Shown here piece by piece: positions 52,745 to 64,000 of a DNA stretch of 64,000 nt; positions within the stretch are counted from its first letter, which is position 1; every line of letters begins with the position of its first letter. Source of the DNA: Macrostomum lignano (taxonomy: Eukaryota); NCBI GenBank assembly GCA_002269645.1, contig NIVC01000100.1, positions 310,001-374,000 on the forward strand, given 5' to 3'. The position numbers were made by a program, and so were the translations under genes. The notes under the pieces were generated by a model. The model was given only the letters and a program-made list of their open reading frames with translations. It had not been told where the DNA came from and ran no database searches.

Positions 52745-53269
52745 TCAGCGGGGGTCGAATGGGAGACTCACACCTAGCAAGTAAACCTTTTCTGTTCGAT
52801 AGTCTATGATAGCATGCGTACTGGCTAGAAAAGCACTACCCAGGAGGGAAACTGCTGCTGAATTGCCAACGACTAGAAAGAGGATTCTCACCTCTTCTAG
52901 CCCAATAACTGCTGTGGGGGTGGCCTGGCCTAGCATCTCTAATTCATTGCCCGTGTAGGACACGGCCTTCACACATGGGGGCTCCAAGGCCTCCACACTC
53001 TGTCCGGTAATTTTAGTAAAGTCTTTGACTGTTAGCAAAGACAGCGCACTGCCCCCATCCACCAGGAGGCGGGTGGGAACATTCTCAATTGGCAACTCTA
53101 CAACAATATCTCTCCCGCGTTGTCCTCTAGCTGGTCTTGGCTGATAGAAATCGGGTACCTTCTCAAATCTAAACTTCTTGCTGGGCGGACTTGGCAGGTT
53201 AATCTGGGCCCTAGAGAGGGAACGGGGCTGAGTTCGGGCCGGGCCATTCAGCCCTCCCACGGGTTTCCC
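52745..53269 (-). CDS. pro: Retropepsin-type protease ORF, -1 frame relative to gag, ending in a stop right after PR
   Basis: RLLVDGGSALSLL (D-G-G at the catalytic D-T/S-G position); SLLGSAFL second motif; overlaps the gag end. Confidence 0.85.
   Translation of the reverse strand, partial: GKPVGGLNGPARTQPRSLSRAQINLPSPPSKKFRFEKVPDFYQPRPARGQRGRDIVVELPIENVPTRLLVDGGSALSLLTVKDFTKITGQSVEALEPPCVKAVSYTGNELEMLGQATPTAVIGLEEVRILFLVVGNSAAVSLLGSAFLASTHAIIDYRTEKVYLLGVSLPFDPR
53225..53269 (-). promoter_or_regulatory. -1 ribosomal frameshift signal: G GGA AAC plus downstream GGGCTGA/TCAGCCC stem
   Basis: Slippery heptamer at 53263-53269 in the correct gag phase; 7-bp stem 53225-53231/53248-53254; possible pseudoknot via GGCCC/GGGCC. 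Confidence 0.75.
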
Positions 53270-54687
53270 GAACCCGGAGGCTCTTCAGGCGTGGGAGGAG
53301 GGGGCATCAGGGCTTGCGCGCGCAGCTGGGCGAGCCTCTCCTGCCTCTCCCTGGTAGCCTCGTCTAACATCTCCCTGCCCCAATCCTCTAAATCTTGCCT
53401 ATGGCGATCGGGTGGCGCACGAAGCTGCAACTGCTGCTGCTGCACACCCGGCGCCGGCGGCGTGGGCGCCTCCTGAATTGCAAGCGGCGGGGGCTGGGAT
53501 TGGCGCCAGTTGCTATTAGAGCCGCCCTGCCCCCGTCTCCAGTTCCTGTTGGGAGTGGCGGGGCGAGGGGGCCTCATCTGCTGGGGCAGCTGGGCAACAG
53601 ACTCTGCTGTCACCCTCATGGTTTCATTGAGCTGCACCAGCTGGTTGCGCAGGTCCTTTTGCGTTTGCTCTAGCGCGCCCAACCTCTCCTGCATCTCTGA
53701 TAGGCCGTCACCGTCCTCCTCCGTCTCGTCAGCTTCCTGGTTCACCATCCTGACCCACTTGCGAGGGGGCCTGGGCGGCTGCTGAGGTTGCAGACGGACT
53801 TCAGCGCGGGACTCAGACTTGGGTGGGCCACCACTATCCCATTTCCCAGCCAAGTCGGCGGCCTCTAACAGGGCTTGCTGCTGTTCTAGAACCTGCTCGA
53901 TCGTCTGCCAGCGTCGGCTCAACAGATCTTGTCTGACCTGGCGGGGGAGCCTGGCGTGTTCCAAATAGGTATACACGATCTCCTGTTCTCTCTGCTCACC
54001 CTGAATCTGAGGAAACATGGCCGTTATCTGAGATCTGATCATAGCGGCAAAAGCACTATGTGATTGGCCTGGTTTCTGACTCAGATTCTTCAGCTTATTT
54101 CTCTTAGCCAGGTCAGTGTTGGCCTCGCCTAACTGTTCTCCTAATCTCGCTACGAACTGCTCAAATGGCAATTGCCCGTCCAATCCTAAGGCTAGGTTCT
54201 GAAATTCACCTGGAAGGTGGGAGATAAGTACTTGCTTCCTAGCCTGATCTCCTACAGTTCTCTCTGCGTCCAGCTTGTAGACTATTCTCTCTACCCATTG
54301 CACAAAACAGTGTTCGCCGGGAGAGAACTTCTCTACGTAGATTTTCGGCCTCTGAGCCTCTTGGCCCATGTTCAGCTGGTTAAACGCATTGGCTATAGCA
54401 GCAACTAAGTCTCCTAGCTGCGGGACTGCCTGAGGAGGATTCTGGGCTGCGTCCGGGGGAGCAGCGGCGGCTGCTGCCTCACCCTGATTGGGAGCGGGAG
54501 CTGCTACTCCTTCATCTGGTTCCTCAACTACTACTGCTTCTGGAGGCTGAGGGACCTGGTTACCAGCGGCTGCGGCCATTGCGGCTGCGGGGGCGGCAAC
54601 TGCTGGGGTGTCAACGGCCGAGGGTGGTTGGCCAGGGGCGTCTGCGCACACAGCTTCTACGACCCTATCTCCACGCGCCCGTGACAT
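53248..54687 (-). CDS. gag: Gag (479 aa, Ty3/Gypsy-type capsid, no zinc knuckle)
   Basis: KIYVEKFSPGEHCFVQWVERI...LISHLPG and MHR-like LKNLSQKPGQSHSAFAAMI; coiled coil; position between PBS and protease. Confidence 0.85.
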   Translation of the reverse strand: MSRARGDRVVEAVCADAPGQPPSAVDTPAVAAPAAAMAAAAGNQVPQPPEAVVVEEPDEGVAAPAPNQGEAAAAAAPPDAAQNPPQAVPQLGDLVAAIANAFNQLNMGQEAQRPKIYVEKFSPGEHCFVQWVERIVYKLDAERTVGDQARKQVLISHLPGEFQNLALGLDGQLPFEQFVARLGEQLGEANTDLAKRNKLKNLSQKPGQSHSAFAAMIRSQITAMFPQIQGEQREQEIVYTYLEHARLPRQVRQDLLSRRWQTIEQVLEQQQALLEAADLAGKWDSGGPPKSESRAEVRLQPQQPPRPPRKWVRMVNQEADETEEDGDGLSEMQERLGALEQTQKDLRNQLVQLNETMRVTAESVAQLPQQMRPPRPATPNRNWRRGQGGSNSNWRQSQPPPLAIQEAPTPPAPGVQQQQLQLRAPPDRHRQDLEDWGREMLDEATRERQERLAQLRAQALMPPPPTPEEPPGSGNPWEG

Positions 54688-57007
54688 GTGAATGCCGGAT
54701 AGCTGGGGGAGTACCCACTACCGGGAAGGAAAAGAAAAGGAAACCGGGGCAACTACAGGTAAAAACCGAATAAGTTGACCCGAAACACACGCACTCACAC
54801 ACACAAATACAGACAAAACTCACACACTTGCGGCGTCGAAGAAAACAAATTGAAAAACGGGTGTCTCCACATAATTTCATTTAGGCAGTCCTAACGGCTT
54901 CACTCGGCAAAGCACACAAACTCAAACTGCGGCTACCACTACCAATTGTCTATGGCACATCCTGACAGGGAAAATTGGCTATTCAGAGAGACTTGACCTT
55001 CATTCTGCGGCCATGCTAGGGAACCCAAATGCCGACCGTAAACGGACTTACGGCACCTGTACAAATTCTCCCCTAGGGTTGCGCGCCGGACCCCATTTCC
55101 TTAAGAAAGCCACTACGAAGAAGCGTTGGCGCCTGGACCCAAAACTCAAGTGGCGGGAGCAATCCCCATGGAGGTCCTCCCACTTTATTGCCCTTGCACA
55201 ACCGGAAAACCGTCGGCGCCCAGAGGGGCTTCCACTCTCAGGACTACCAATCTTGTACACGCGGCTTCACAAAAGGTGGGAATCCAACTCCCCTACGTCT
55301 AGCAGAATCCACAAAAACCAAAATCTCCCCTTTCTGTTCAGAGCGAAGGCGCGCAGCGGGAGTCCAGACTAAACTCTCCCCGAAGTTTTCAGGTTAGGTG
55401 GATTACAAGCCTGAAACTCTCGCCCGCTTCCCTAAGATAAACAGACCTAAGTGAGTATCTTCCTGAAATGCTTGTCCCTCCGATACTCCACCTTTGCTGC
55501 AGCTCGAAATAGCATACTTGGGACCTTTATCTGATGGCGGAGAAAGTCCTACAGTTGTCAGCCTCTCCACTTTACTGTACTTGAACGCCCGGTTCTACCA
55601 GGAGACAGCGGTACCTCCATCTAGGTTATTCCAAGTTGCCAGAGACGTCAACCCGTCTTATTGACCTTGCGGGGCACTGGGGTGGCACTCAATGTACCGG
55701 GGCCTTACATTAGGGGACTGCATGCAACCCTGCGTCTAAGCGCTTAGTGGGCTGCAGTGGCCAGAGGGGAAAGAGTTGCGCAATAGCGCCTTCCTGGGCC
55801 AGGCTGACAAGTCGGGCAGGAGCGCCGTTCTACCGGGTCGGGCTGATTGGCACACCCACCTCCCCTATCAGACTGACGGCAGGGGAAGAAATTACTAAAG
55901 GAGGAGAATGCAGCAGGAAAAATTACGAGATCACTGGGGACCACCAGACTTCCAGTACACCATTCCAATACTCACTGAACTCCACTACCAATAGGAGACT
56001 ATGGGATCTACTATTTCCAGCCACTACACCAGCCCAAATGCAACCAAAGCAGTTACTACCGGGTCTGCAATGCAGTGGGGAGAGCCAGCAGACACGTTGG
56101 GATCGAATCCCAGCCATAAGGGCACCAGGGGTTACCGCAGAATTCAGGTCCGGGCTGATCGCAGGTATTCCATAGGAGGTGACACTTTTTTAGCCCGAGA
56201 TTTTTGAGTCACACTAATACCCTACAGAGATACAATCACACCGCTATTCCCATTCCTGCGAGACTTTGATATCTCCCAATGTTTCCAAGGCCATGACTAC
56301 TGCTTCCCTTACTTTGCATATATAGCGAATTCTCCATAGCCCTTGATAGCTGTTCATTCTAATGGACAAACAAAACACGCTCCGGTCTCTACGCATTTCT
56401 AGGATTAACTGTTACACTCCCCCGAGTAAAAGAAAGAGGTAGGACAATGGAAAGAAATGCTTTGCTTCCAGCTTCCCTGTGCTTGCGTGATGAGGCTTCC
56501 GTACCTGGCTGGCTGTCCACCTCAACACTCACACAGTTCCGCTGTAGGCTAGGCGAGAGAAAGAAAGGGAGGGGAAATAAATCATATTACCGTGGAATAG
56601 AAAGTGAGTCCGGAAATTCACTTTCGCAGTTCTTCACACACTCCGTTACCAGGTAGCTATTCTGATTGTAATCAAATCCGCTCGTCTACCACTTCACACT
56701 TGCTAGCGCTGAAACTCATCGGCTAAATTAATTTTAAATTGAATCAGGGGCTTTTTGCGAATGAATGAATTTTGAACTTGAATGAATTGAATGAATTCGC
56801 AGCCCGAAAAATTTGAAAAATTACATTAATATTTTTGGATTTTTGTTGCCTCACGCCATGGGAGAAGAGAATGACGCTCGGCGATTTTTATAATTGGTAG
56901 ATCTAGACATGGCACACTTTGCGCTTCGGCCACCATTCTGAGGGATGCCACAGGTGCGCTTGTCACATCTAAACCACCAGTCCGAAACTCAGCGCTGTTT
57001 GCACCAG

Positions 57008-57025
57008 ATCCCACCGCTGCCACCA
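57008..57025 (-). other. Primer-binding site TGGTGGCAGCGGTGGGAT, complementary to the 3' end of tRNA-Leu
   Basis: 18-nt match to ...ATCCCACCGCTGCCA-CCA (metazoan tRNA-Leu AAG/TAG type), 3 nt inside the 5' LTR boundary. Confidence 0.9.
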
Positions 57026-57028
57026 TTT

Positions 57029-59226
57029 TGATGTAACCGCCCTTGTCGCCGGTCCGCTCCGTAGAGAGACGAACGCATGACTAGAGGGGGCAATGACCGT
57101 AGGCTGCCTATGACCGGGCAATGGCCTGACGGACCTCCAGCACCAGACTGTCCCGCCCACATGATTGATAGCTTTGGTAGCGCTTCGTGACCAGAGGGCC
57201 AAGGACCCACATGGACCCCACCTGTAGCCAAGGTGCAATAGTTGGTCACTCGGTCATAGTATGACCGAGTGGCTGCCACCACTCTATGTGACCTGGCGCA
57301 CCTGGATCTTTCTACCAGACCTCTCGAGGCTAGAGCCCCGCCTGGGATGGTTACCAGATTTAGGCTAACAGGGGAGACACATGCAGCCGAGTACAGGGAC
57401 TCTGCTTGGGGCATGATCGGGAACTCTGGGCTCAATCTGGAGGATTTCTCAGCAGGGGATCCTTTGTGGCTGTGAGCGAGGCTAACTTGCGACTTTGATT
57501 ACTAAGAGTAGTATGAGGCGAACATGTACTGTCTATAGTTTAGATTGCTCAGGGCGAAGGGACGCGTCAGCATGGGGTTGCAACCTTCCTACTGCCATTC
57601 TGTGCCAAGACTCGCTAATCCCTCTACTGCACGCACACGCGGCCCCGCAGCACGCACTCACAGGCGGGCTGTGCACGGGGAGAGGCCATTAGCTTACCCA
57701 AACTTCCTTATGCTTTGCCACCCCGGGAGAAAGGCTTAGCAAGCCATGAGAGAAATGATGGTGAAAGAGTAAATAATGATGGAGTTAGTTAATAGTTAAT
57801 AATTAGGCCCTTAGGCGAATAATCAGGCAATTAGGCAGCTTCACTATTGAGTAAAATACAGCAAAAGGTTACGGTATCACAATTGGCTCAGCTCTCTAAT
57901 CAGACAATGGAAAAATAGGCAAACCCCGGATAAGCAAGGCGATTAGAGCACAAATTAGTAATAGGAACTTACCGGCAGCTGCACAGAGAGAGAGAGAGGC
58001 GGAGTGACCGAGGGCGGCTGTAGGCTGCAGTCAGGCAGACGGTGAAGCGGCGATGCGCTGAAGCGACGAGGCGCTGATGTAGATCAGGCGATGCTGATGA
58101 TGCTGGGCGGTATCAGACCGCTGGCCGATAGGCGAGCTCACTTGGGGAGCTAAGGATAACTTGGCGGTAACAGACCGCGGACCGGCAGGGATTCGTCTTA
58201 TAGACGAATGGGTCAGAACTCAATCTGACAGCAAGTCCAAAGAAGGACGAGGAGAGGAAAAGTTGAGGATTCTCATGCCGAAATCGCTTCCTTTTATAGA
58301 CCTCACAGCCGCCTCCTCAAGGTCGTTACCATGGCTCCCTCTCTCTGATTGGCTGCCGGCAGAATGACGTCAGAATGAGTCATGATGAGAAGCATGATAC
58401 CGGCATAGCAACATGAGAAATCGGGAAATTGCGCAATCCGGAGGTGGGGTGGGGGATAATTGGCGCAGCGGGTGGTCGCGAAAGTGTTGCGCAAGCAAAC
58501 ATTGAGAACAATAGGGCTGGGGTCGAGAACAAAGGAATTGGAAATCGGGGATAATTGGGGAGAACTGAGAACAATGGAAAAGTAAACATTGGGGAAAAGG
58601 TGATAATTAGGTGCGAAAACGAGAACAAAAGAAAGAGAAAATCGGAGAAAATGTGATAATTGGTGGGGGTTGAAAGAACAAAAGAATCAAAAACGAGAAC
58701 AATAGAAGCGGAGGTGGGGTGGGTGTCGCATGAGAAATTTGGGAAGGAGAACAATGGCGTGAGAAAAGGTTGCGCAAGAGAGGGGGATGAGTCATCGATG
58801 AGTCACCGAGGGGGGAAGGGGTCACACGACTTGCGTCACCGTTTGGGAGTTTGAGAGGGGATGGGGAGACGGTGAGCACACAAAATACTGTAAGTAGACA
58901 CAGGGAAAGAGGGGACAGCGCAGGAAAAGAGTGCAGAGGGAGACAAAAAGAGGGGGATAGGGAAAGTACAGGAAGAATAGGGCGAAAAACAGAAGAGATA
59001 GGGTAGAGGGGGAGGTACAGAGAGGGTAGGGAGCTCCGGAAAGGCAGGTGTGGCGGCAGGGGAGACGGAACCAAGGCAGCAGGAGGGGTGCAGCAGAGCG
59101 GGAGTCTCCAGGCCTGGTCGGAGACCTGGCCGAGTCTCGACGGCTCTGTGCAGGGGGTGCACGGGATAGGAGGCACTTTCAAAAAGTTCCCATGCCCTAT
59201 CCCGCGACCAGAGCGTGGTTACATCA
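57029..59226 (-). repeat. 5' LTR (2198 bp)
   Basis: Direct repeat of 46189-48391; adjacent to the PBS. Confidence 0.97.
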
Positions 59227-59747
59227 ATGTATGATAATCTTTAGCTCAATGTTCACAAAGTTCTGAAAATAAATGAAAAGTAGTTAGACTTAGAGTAGGC
59301 TATTCTAAGTACTATTTGGCAGTATACTAAAAAACTATGCAAACTATTTAGGCTATAGAAACTACCAATATCACAAAACGTTACAGAGATATATCTCAAA
59401 AAGCTGTATAGCAATATAATTTTCCATTTTCTATCAGTAAAGAAATTAAAAGTCAAATAAAATACCAATATCATTACCTTATTGGCTTAGCTTTTACATT
59501 GCCAAGCCTCTGAGTCATAGAATTTGCTGAAGTGTGTAGACTATGTTTTGAGTTTGTAAAATAATTGAAATATCAATTGAAACCAAAAGTACAAAAAGTG
59601 TAGAACTTAAATTAAATTACATCTAGGTAAGAAAAAAACAGGGTGCCAATTTGGCATATGGGTCCAAATCCAGAATACCAAATTAAAGTAAACATTTCAT
59701 GATATGCACTATTAAGCCTATTTCTTCTTAAACTACCTTAATCACAG

Positions 59748-60012
59748 GACATAGAAGTTTTACGAATGTCCAATGATGAAATCGTTCGGCGAACTCGTCT
59801 CCTTGACAATGAGATTCGAATTATTCGATCAGAATTGACCAGAGTGAATCATGAGACCAGCATGCAAAAGGAGAAGATCAAAGAAAATGCTGAAAAGATA
59901 AAAGTCAACAAGCAGCTACCTTATCTGATTTCAAATGTTATCGAACTGTTAGACATTGATCCAGAGGGCGAGGATGAGGGAGCCAATGTGGATCTTGACT
60001 CGCAGCGCAAAG
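59748..60012 (+). CDS. PSMC3: 26S proteasome regulatory subunit 6A (Rpt5) N-terminal coiled-coil exon
   Basis: [25 protein letters not shown]...[20 protein letters not shown]...[10 protein letters not shown] matches PSMC3; acceptor CACAG at 59747; donor GTTAGT at 60013. Confidence 0.95.
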
Positions 60013-60091
60013 GTTAGTTTTTGTTTCAACTTTGCAGATTGTTCTCACATATGTAAATCCCGTCCACTATTCCCAGAATCCAATGGTTAAT

Positions 60092-60195
60092 ACTTAGAAT
60101 CCTGATACCTATTCTTAGAATCCTGATACCTATTCTTAGAATCTCGATATCTATTCTTAGAATCCTGATACCTATTCTTAGAATCTCGATATCTA
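60092..60195. repeat. 21-bp minisatellite (ATTCTTAGAATCCTGATACCT)
   Basis: About 5 tandem units. Confidence 0.85.
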
Positions 60196-60197
60196 CA

Positions 60198-60630
60198 CAT
60201 CTGTTAGACTTTATCTGTTAGACGTCTGTTAGACAGCTGTTAGACATACTGTTAGACGTCTGTTAGACAGCTGTTACAAATTTGTTTGTCTTTATCTGTT
60301 AGACGTCTGTTAAACATCTGTTAGACATCTGTTAGACATCTGTCAGACATCTGTTAGACAGCTGTTACGAATTTGTTAGACTTTATCTGTTAGACAGCTG
60401 TCACACATCTGTTAGACATATGTTAAATATCTGTTAGACACCTGTTAGACACCTGTTAGACAGCTGTTACACATCTGTTAGACACATCTGTTTGACATCT
60501 GTTATATATCTTTTAGAGATCTGTTAAAGACCTGTTAGACATCTGTTATACATCTGTTAGATGTCTGTTAGAGATCTATTAGACATCTATTAGACATTAT
60601 TCATGCATCCACTCAGATACATGTTAGACA
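60198..60630. repeat. 11-bp satellite (CTGTTAGACAT)
   Basis: Degenerate tandem array; same family as 61915-62500. Confidence 0.9.
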
Positions 60631-61104
60631 AACAGAGGTTATGAGAAGTTTAGCAAAACACATGAAGCAATTCTGATGTGACTGAACACTGAATATCAGG
60701 AATTTAGGCTTCAGTGAAGAGTAAAAGAGACAGCTAGGTCGAGGCCAGGGCTAGCGGAGGCTGGGGTACAGATGAAGAGGAAAAGCGGTCGCGAGCCCCT
60801 GTGCACCAGCAGTCGATGCAGCTTTAGGGACCCATCACTGGAGCCCATCAGGAGGCTGGGAGTCTGTGGGCGATGAAGAATGATGATAATCCAGATCTGC
60901 AGCGTTTGGGGGGGGGGGAAGAGAGGGGAGGCAGCCAGAGTTATAAATGTGGGACCAGATGCACACACAGGGTAGGACAGGACAATATCTCAGCTGCATC
61001 GGCAACACAGTTGGAGAGAGAAAGTTTTATTCTGAACTGCACTTTTAATACTGGCAACAGCGGCCTGCAGACTGCTGCGTTGCAGCACATTTGGCTGTAG
61101 GGTG

Positions 61105-61560
61105 AGTTTGTTAAACCAGTGAGATTCAGTGAGTGAATGGCACAAAAAGTGAGTGAATGGCACAAAAAGTGAGTGAATGGCAGACAAAGTGAGTGAATGG
61201 CTCATTGTGAATGAATGGCACAAAAAGTGAGTGAATGACACAAATAGTGAGTGAATGACACAAATTGAGAGTGAATGACACAAAAAGTGAGTGAATGGCA
61301 CAAATTGTGAGTGAATGACACAAATAGTGAGTGAATGACACAAATAGTGAGTGAATGACACAAATAGTGAGTGAATGACACAAATAGTGAGTGAATGACA
61401 CAAATAGTGAGTGAATGACACAAATAGTGAGTGAATGACACAAATAGTGAGTGAATGACACAAATAGTGAGTGAATGACACAAATTGTGAGTGAATGGCA
61501 CAAATTTTAAGTGAATGGCACAAATTTTGAGTGATTGTAACCGAATGACACTGAGAGTGA
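61105..61560. repeat. 20-bp minisatellite (GTGAGTGAATGACACAAATA)
   Basis: About 20 units. Confidence 0.95.
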
Positions 61561-61914
61561 ATCAATAAATGGTAAATGGCAAAGTACAGTAATAGTAACT
61601 TTAAAAGAAATTTTTATGGATTTCGTCATGACTTACTTGAGTTCATGTTGGCTGTGATTACATAATTATCCAATAATGTGAGTGGATTTGCATAGCTTTG
61701 CATTAATTATCTTTATGAAAAGCCATTGGCAGGAGAATTACGTGAAATGCATTCGTAATGAGGTCATCAGGGGTTAACCCAGAGGGTCTGTGCCTGCTGC
61801 AACTCGACACTAGGTGGGACTGAACCTAAAATGTGATGCAGTTCTGCTTGGCAACCGCTTGTGTCTGAAGGAAAAGAAAATTTTTATCGGAGAAATGTGT
61901 GTTTCTGTCAACTA

Positions 61915-62500
61915 TATTTGTTAGATATCTGTTAGATATCTGTTAGATATCTGTAAGACATCTGTTAGATATCTGTTAGACATCTGTTATATATCCGTTA
62001 TACATCTGTTAGATATCTGTTAGATATCTGTTAGATATCTTTTAGATATCTGTTAGTCATCTACTAGACAGCTGTTAGATATTTGTTTAGACATCTGTTA
62101 GATATCTGTAAGACATCTGTTATATATCTGTTAGATATCTGTTAGATATCTGCTTGAAATATGTTAAACATGTGTTAGGTACCTTAGACAAGTGTTAGTC
62201 ATCTGTTAGACAGCTGTTAGATATTTGTTTAGACATCTGTTAGATATCTGTAAGATATCTGTTATATATCTGTTAGATATCTGTTAGATATCTGCTTGAA
62301 ATATTTTGAACATGTGTTAGGTACCTTAGACAAGTGTTAGTCATCTGTTAGACAGCTGTTAGATATTTGTTTAGACATCTTTTAGATATCTGTAAGACAT
62401 CTGTTATATATCTGTTATATATCTGTTAGATATCTGCTTGAAATATGTTAAACATGTGTTAGGTACCTTTAGACAAGTGTTAGTCATCTGTTAGACAGCT
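61915..62500. repeat. 11-bp satellite (CTGTTAGATAT) with a ~135-bp higher-order repeat
   Basis: The block ending ...GGTACCTTAGACAAGTGTTAGTC recurs three times. Confidence 0.9.
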
Positions 62501-62859
62501 GTACGGCGCAGTTCTGTCAGCAGGGGCAAAGTTTGATGTACATTAGATGAGCACCATGCACTGTGCGTAATCATGCAATTATTTAGCGAGCTGGCAATGC
62601 AAGAGAAGCTCATATAAAGCAAACCAATTTCTTGTGTTGGAATTGCAAACGATTGCCAACAAGACCGAGAAACACACTTTATAAGCACTCTGTGAACTGC
62701 ACCTCTCTATTCACTTTTCTTTCACATTTCCTCTTGACACTTTCCTTAGACGACTCGAGTGCAAACACTGTTCGGATTCGGCTATGAGAGCGGAGAGAGG
62801 GCTGCACCGAAAAAAGAACTTGTGCCAAAAGTTTAGGTGCAGGGTAGGCCAACTCTTTT

Positions 62860-63330
62860 GGGGAATTCTGTGATTCCATGGCTCTCATAGAGGGGAATTC
62901 TGAGATGCCATGGCTCATAGAGGGGAATTCTGAGATGCCATGGCTCATAGAGGCAAGCTCTAAGATGCCATGGCTCAAGAGCTAGGGAATTCTGAGATGC
63001 CAAGGCTCACGGAGGGGACTTCTGAGATGCCAAGGCTCACGGAGGGGACTTCTGAGATGCCAAGGCTCACTGAGGGGAGTTCTGAGATGCGATGGCTCAT
63101 AGAGGGGAATTATGAGATGCTATGGCTCTTAGAGGGGAATTATGAGATGCCATGGCTCAAAGAGGGGAATTCTGAGATGCCATGGCTCAAAGAGGGGAAT
63201 TCTGAGATGCCAAGGCTCACAAAGGGGAATTCTAAGATGCCAGGGCTCACCGAGAGGAATTCTGACATTCCATGGCTCACGAAGGGGTATTCTGAGATGC
63301 TATGGCTCAAAGAGGGGAATTCTGAGATGA
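62860..63330. repeat. 30-bp minisatellite (GAGGGGAATTCTGAGATGCCATGGCTCATA)
   Basis: About 15 units; source of the 10-aa-periodic ORFs. Confidence 0.93.
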
Positions 63331-64000
63331 CCCCAGTGAAAAATGATTCATGGATTCCACGTGGGTTCCACGTGGCCATGTGGAATTTAAATGTTTCTTT
63401 AATTTTTGCAAATTAATGACTTAAAGATGACATAATGGTATGCAAAGTATTTTTATGCACTATTTTTTAATTTTTACTGTCCCAATGTTGATGTGGATTT
63501 TACAAGGAATTCATGAGAAATAAGCGTATATTGATTCAACATGGAATCCACTTCGATAAAAAAACTGTGATACACCACATTCAGACGTTTTTATGAAATT
63601 ACTATAATTAATTATTATATTTATATGCTTTTAAGTAGAAATTAATATCTTAAAGCTAAATTATAATCAGAAAATAAGATACTGTTTGTTAAAATAGACA
63701 AAATAGAAGTGAACAATAAAAAACGTTTCGTGCTTTTTAAAATTAAATTTATTTTATTTTATATTCGCGCGTCAATGTCTTGGTTCAAGGCCTTAAAAGA
63801 TAAATTGCCTTGTTTATGGCTATTTAAGCACCTTAAAAATTTTAGTAGACGTAGCCTATAGGCAATAACTTATAAGGCCATGGCCTCCATGGGATTAGAA
63901 ATTAGATAAATCAGTATTTCATCATAGATAGGCCTAATACTTTTGGTAAAATCCATCCATGATAAATTTATTTAGGCTTATCCAATTTCTAGGAATCCCA

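Larger units (their letters stand above)
46189..59226 (-). mobile_element. 13,038-bp non-autonomous LTR retroelement (gag-pro, no RT/RH/IN, with accessory ORFs)
   Basis: 2.2-kb LTRs with TGATGTAACC...GGTTACATCA ends; 4-bp TSD ATGT (46185-46188, 59227-59230); PBS; PPT; intact gag and protease. Confidence 0.95.

Noticed and set aside
54688-57007. Hidden pol or other ORF in the 2.3-kb leader of the LTR element
   Set aside because: Only short ORFs without RT, integrase or RNase H motifs; treated as a long non-coding leader with a splice acceptor near 54718.
57008-57025. tRNA-Leu gene
   Set aside because: Only the 3' 18 nt including CCA match; no cloverleaf or A/B boxes, so it is a PBS.
60711-61165. 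GC-richer island with short ORFs, and a similar one at 62500-62860, as PSMC3 exon 3
   Set aside because: Translations do not contain the expected KCAVIKTSTRQTYFLP sequence or any known domain.

Overview
Eukaryotic (metazoan) genomic DNA, rich in introns, satellites and transposons. The LINE family and repeat style suggest a flatworm such as Macrostomum (inference only). Host genes: ATRAID/APR3 (2 coding exons), CERT1/COL4A3BP (3 coding exons, PH + FFAT + START) and an N-terminal exon of PSMC3/Rpt5, plus two unidentified minus-strand CDS candidates near the window start. 5.8-21.5 kb holds a decayed Ty3/Gypsy element nested in a LINE, a 3.8-kb tandem duplication with a templated junction, hAT MITEs and a MULE-like foldback. 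A non-autonomous Helitron sits in the ATRAID intron. The most unusual region is 39.4-59.2 kb, with two young, intact, TSD-flanked elements 137 bp apart. (1) A 6.7-kb near-palindrome with ~3.1-kb arms, ACTACT...AGTAGT termini, a 6-bp TSD and no transposase. (2) A 13-kb LTR element with 2.2-kb LTRs, a tRNA-Leu PBS, a PPT, intact gag and a -1 frameshifted protease, but no RT/RNaseH/integrase. In place of pol it carries a 450-aa orphan ORF behind its own promoter-like motifs, an antisense membrane-protein exon and an array of PBS-like motifs. Both may lie inside PSMC3 intron 1.
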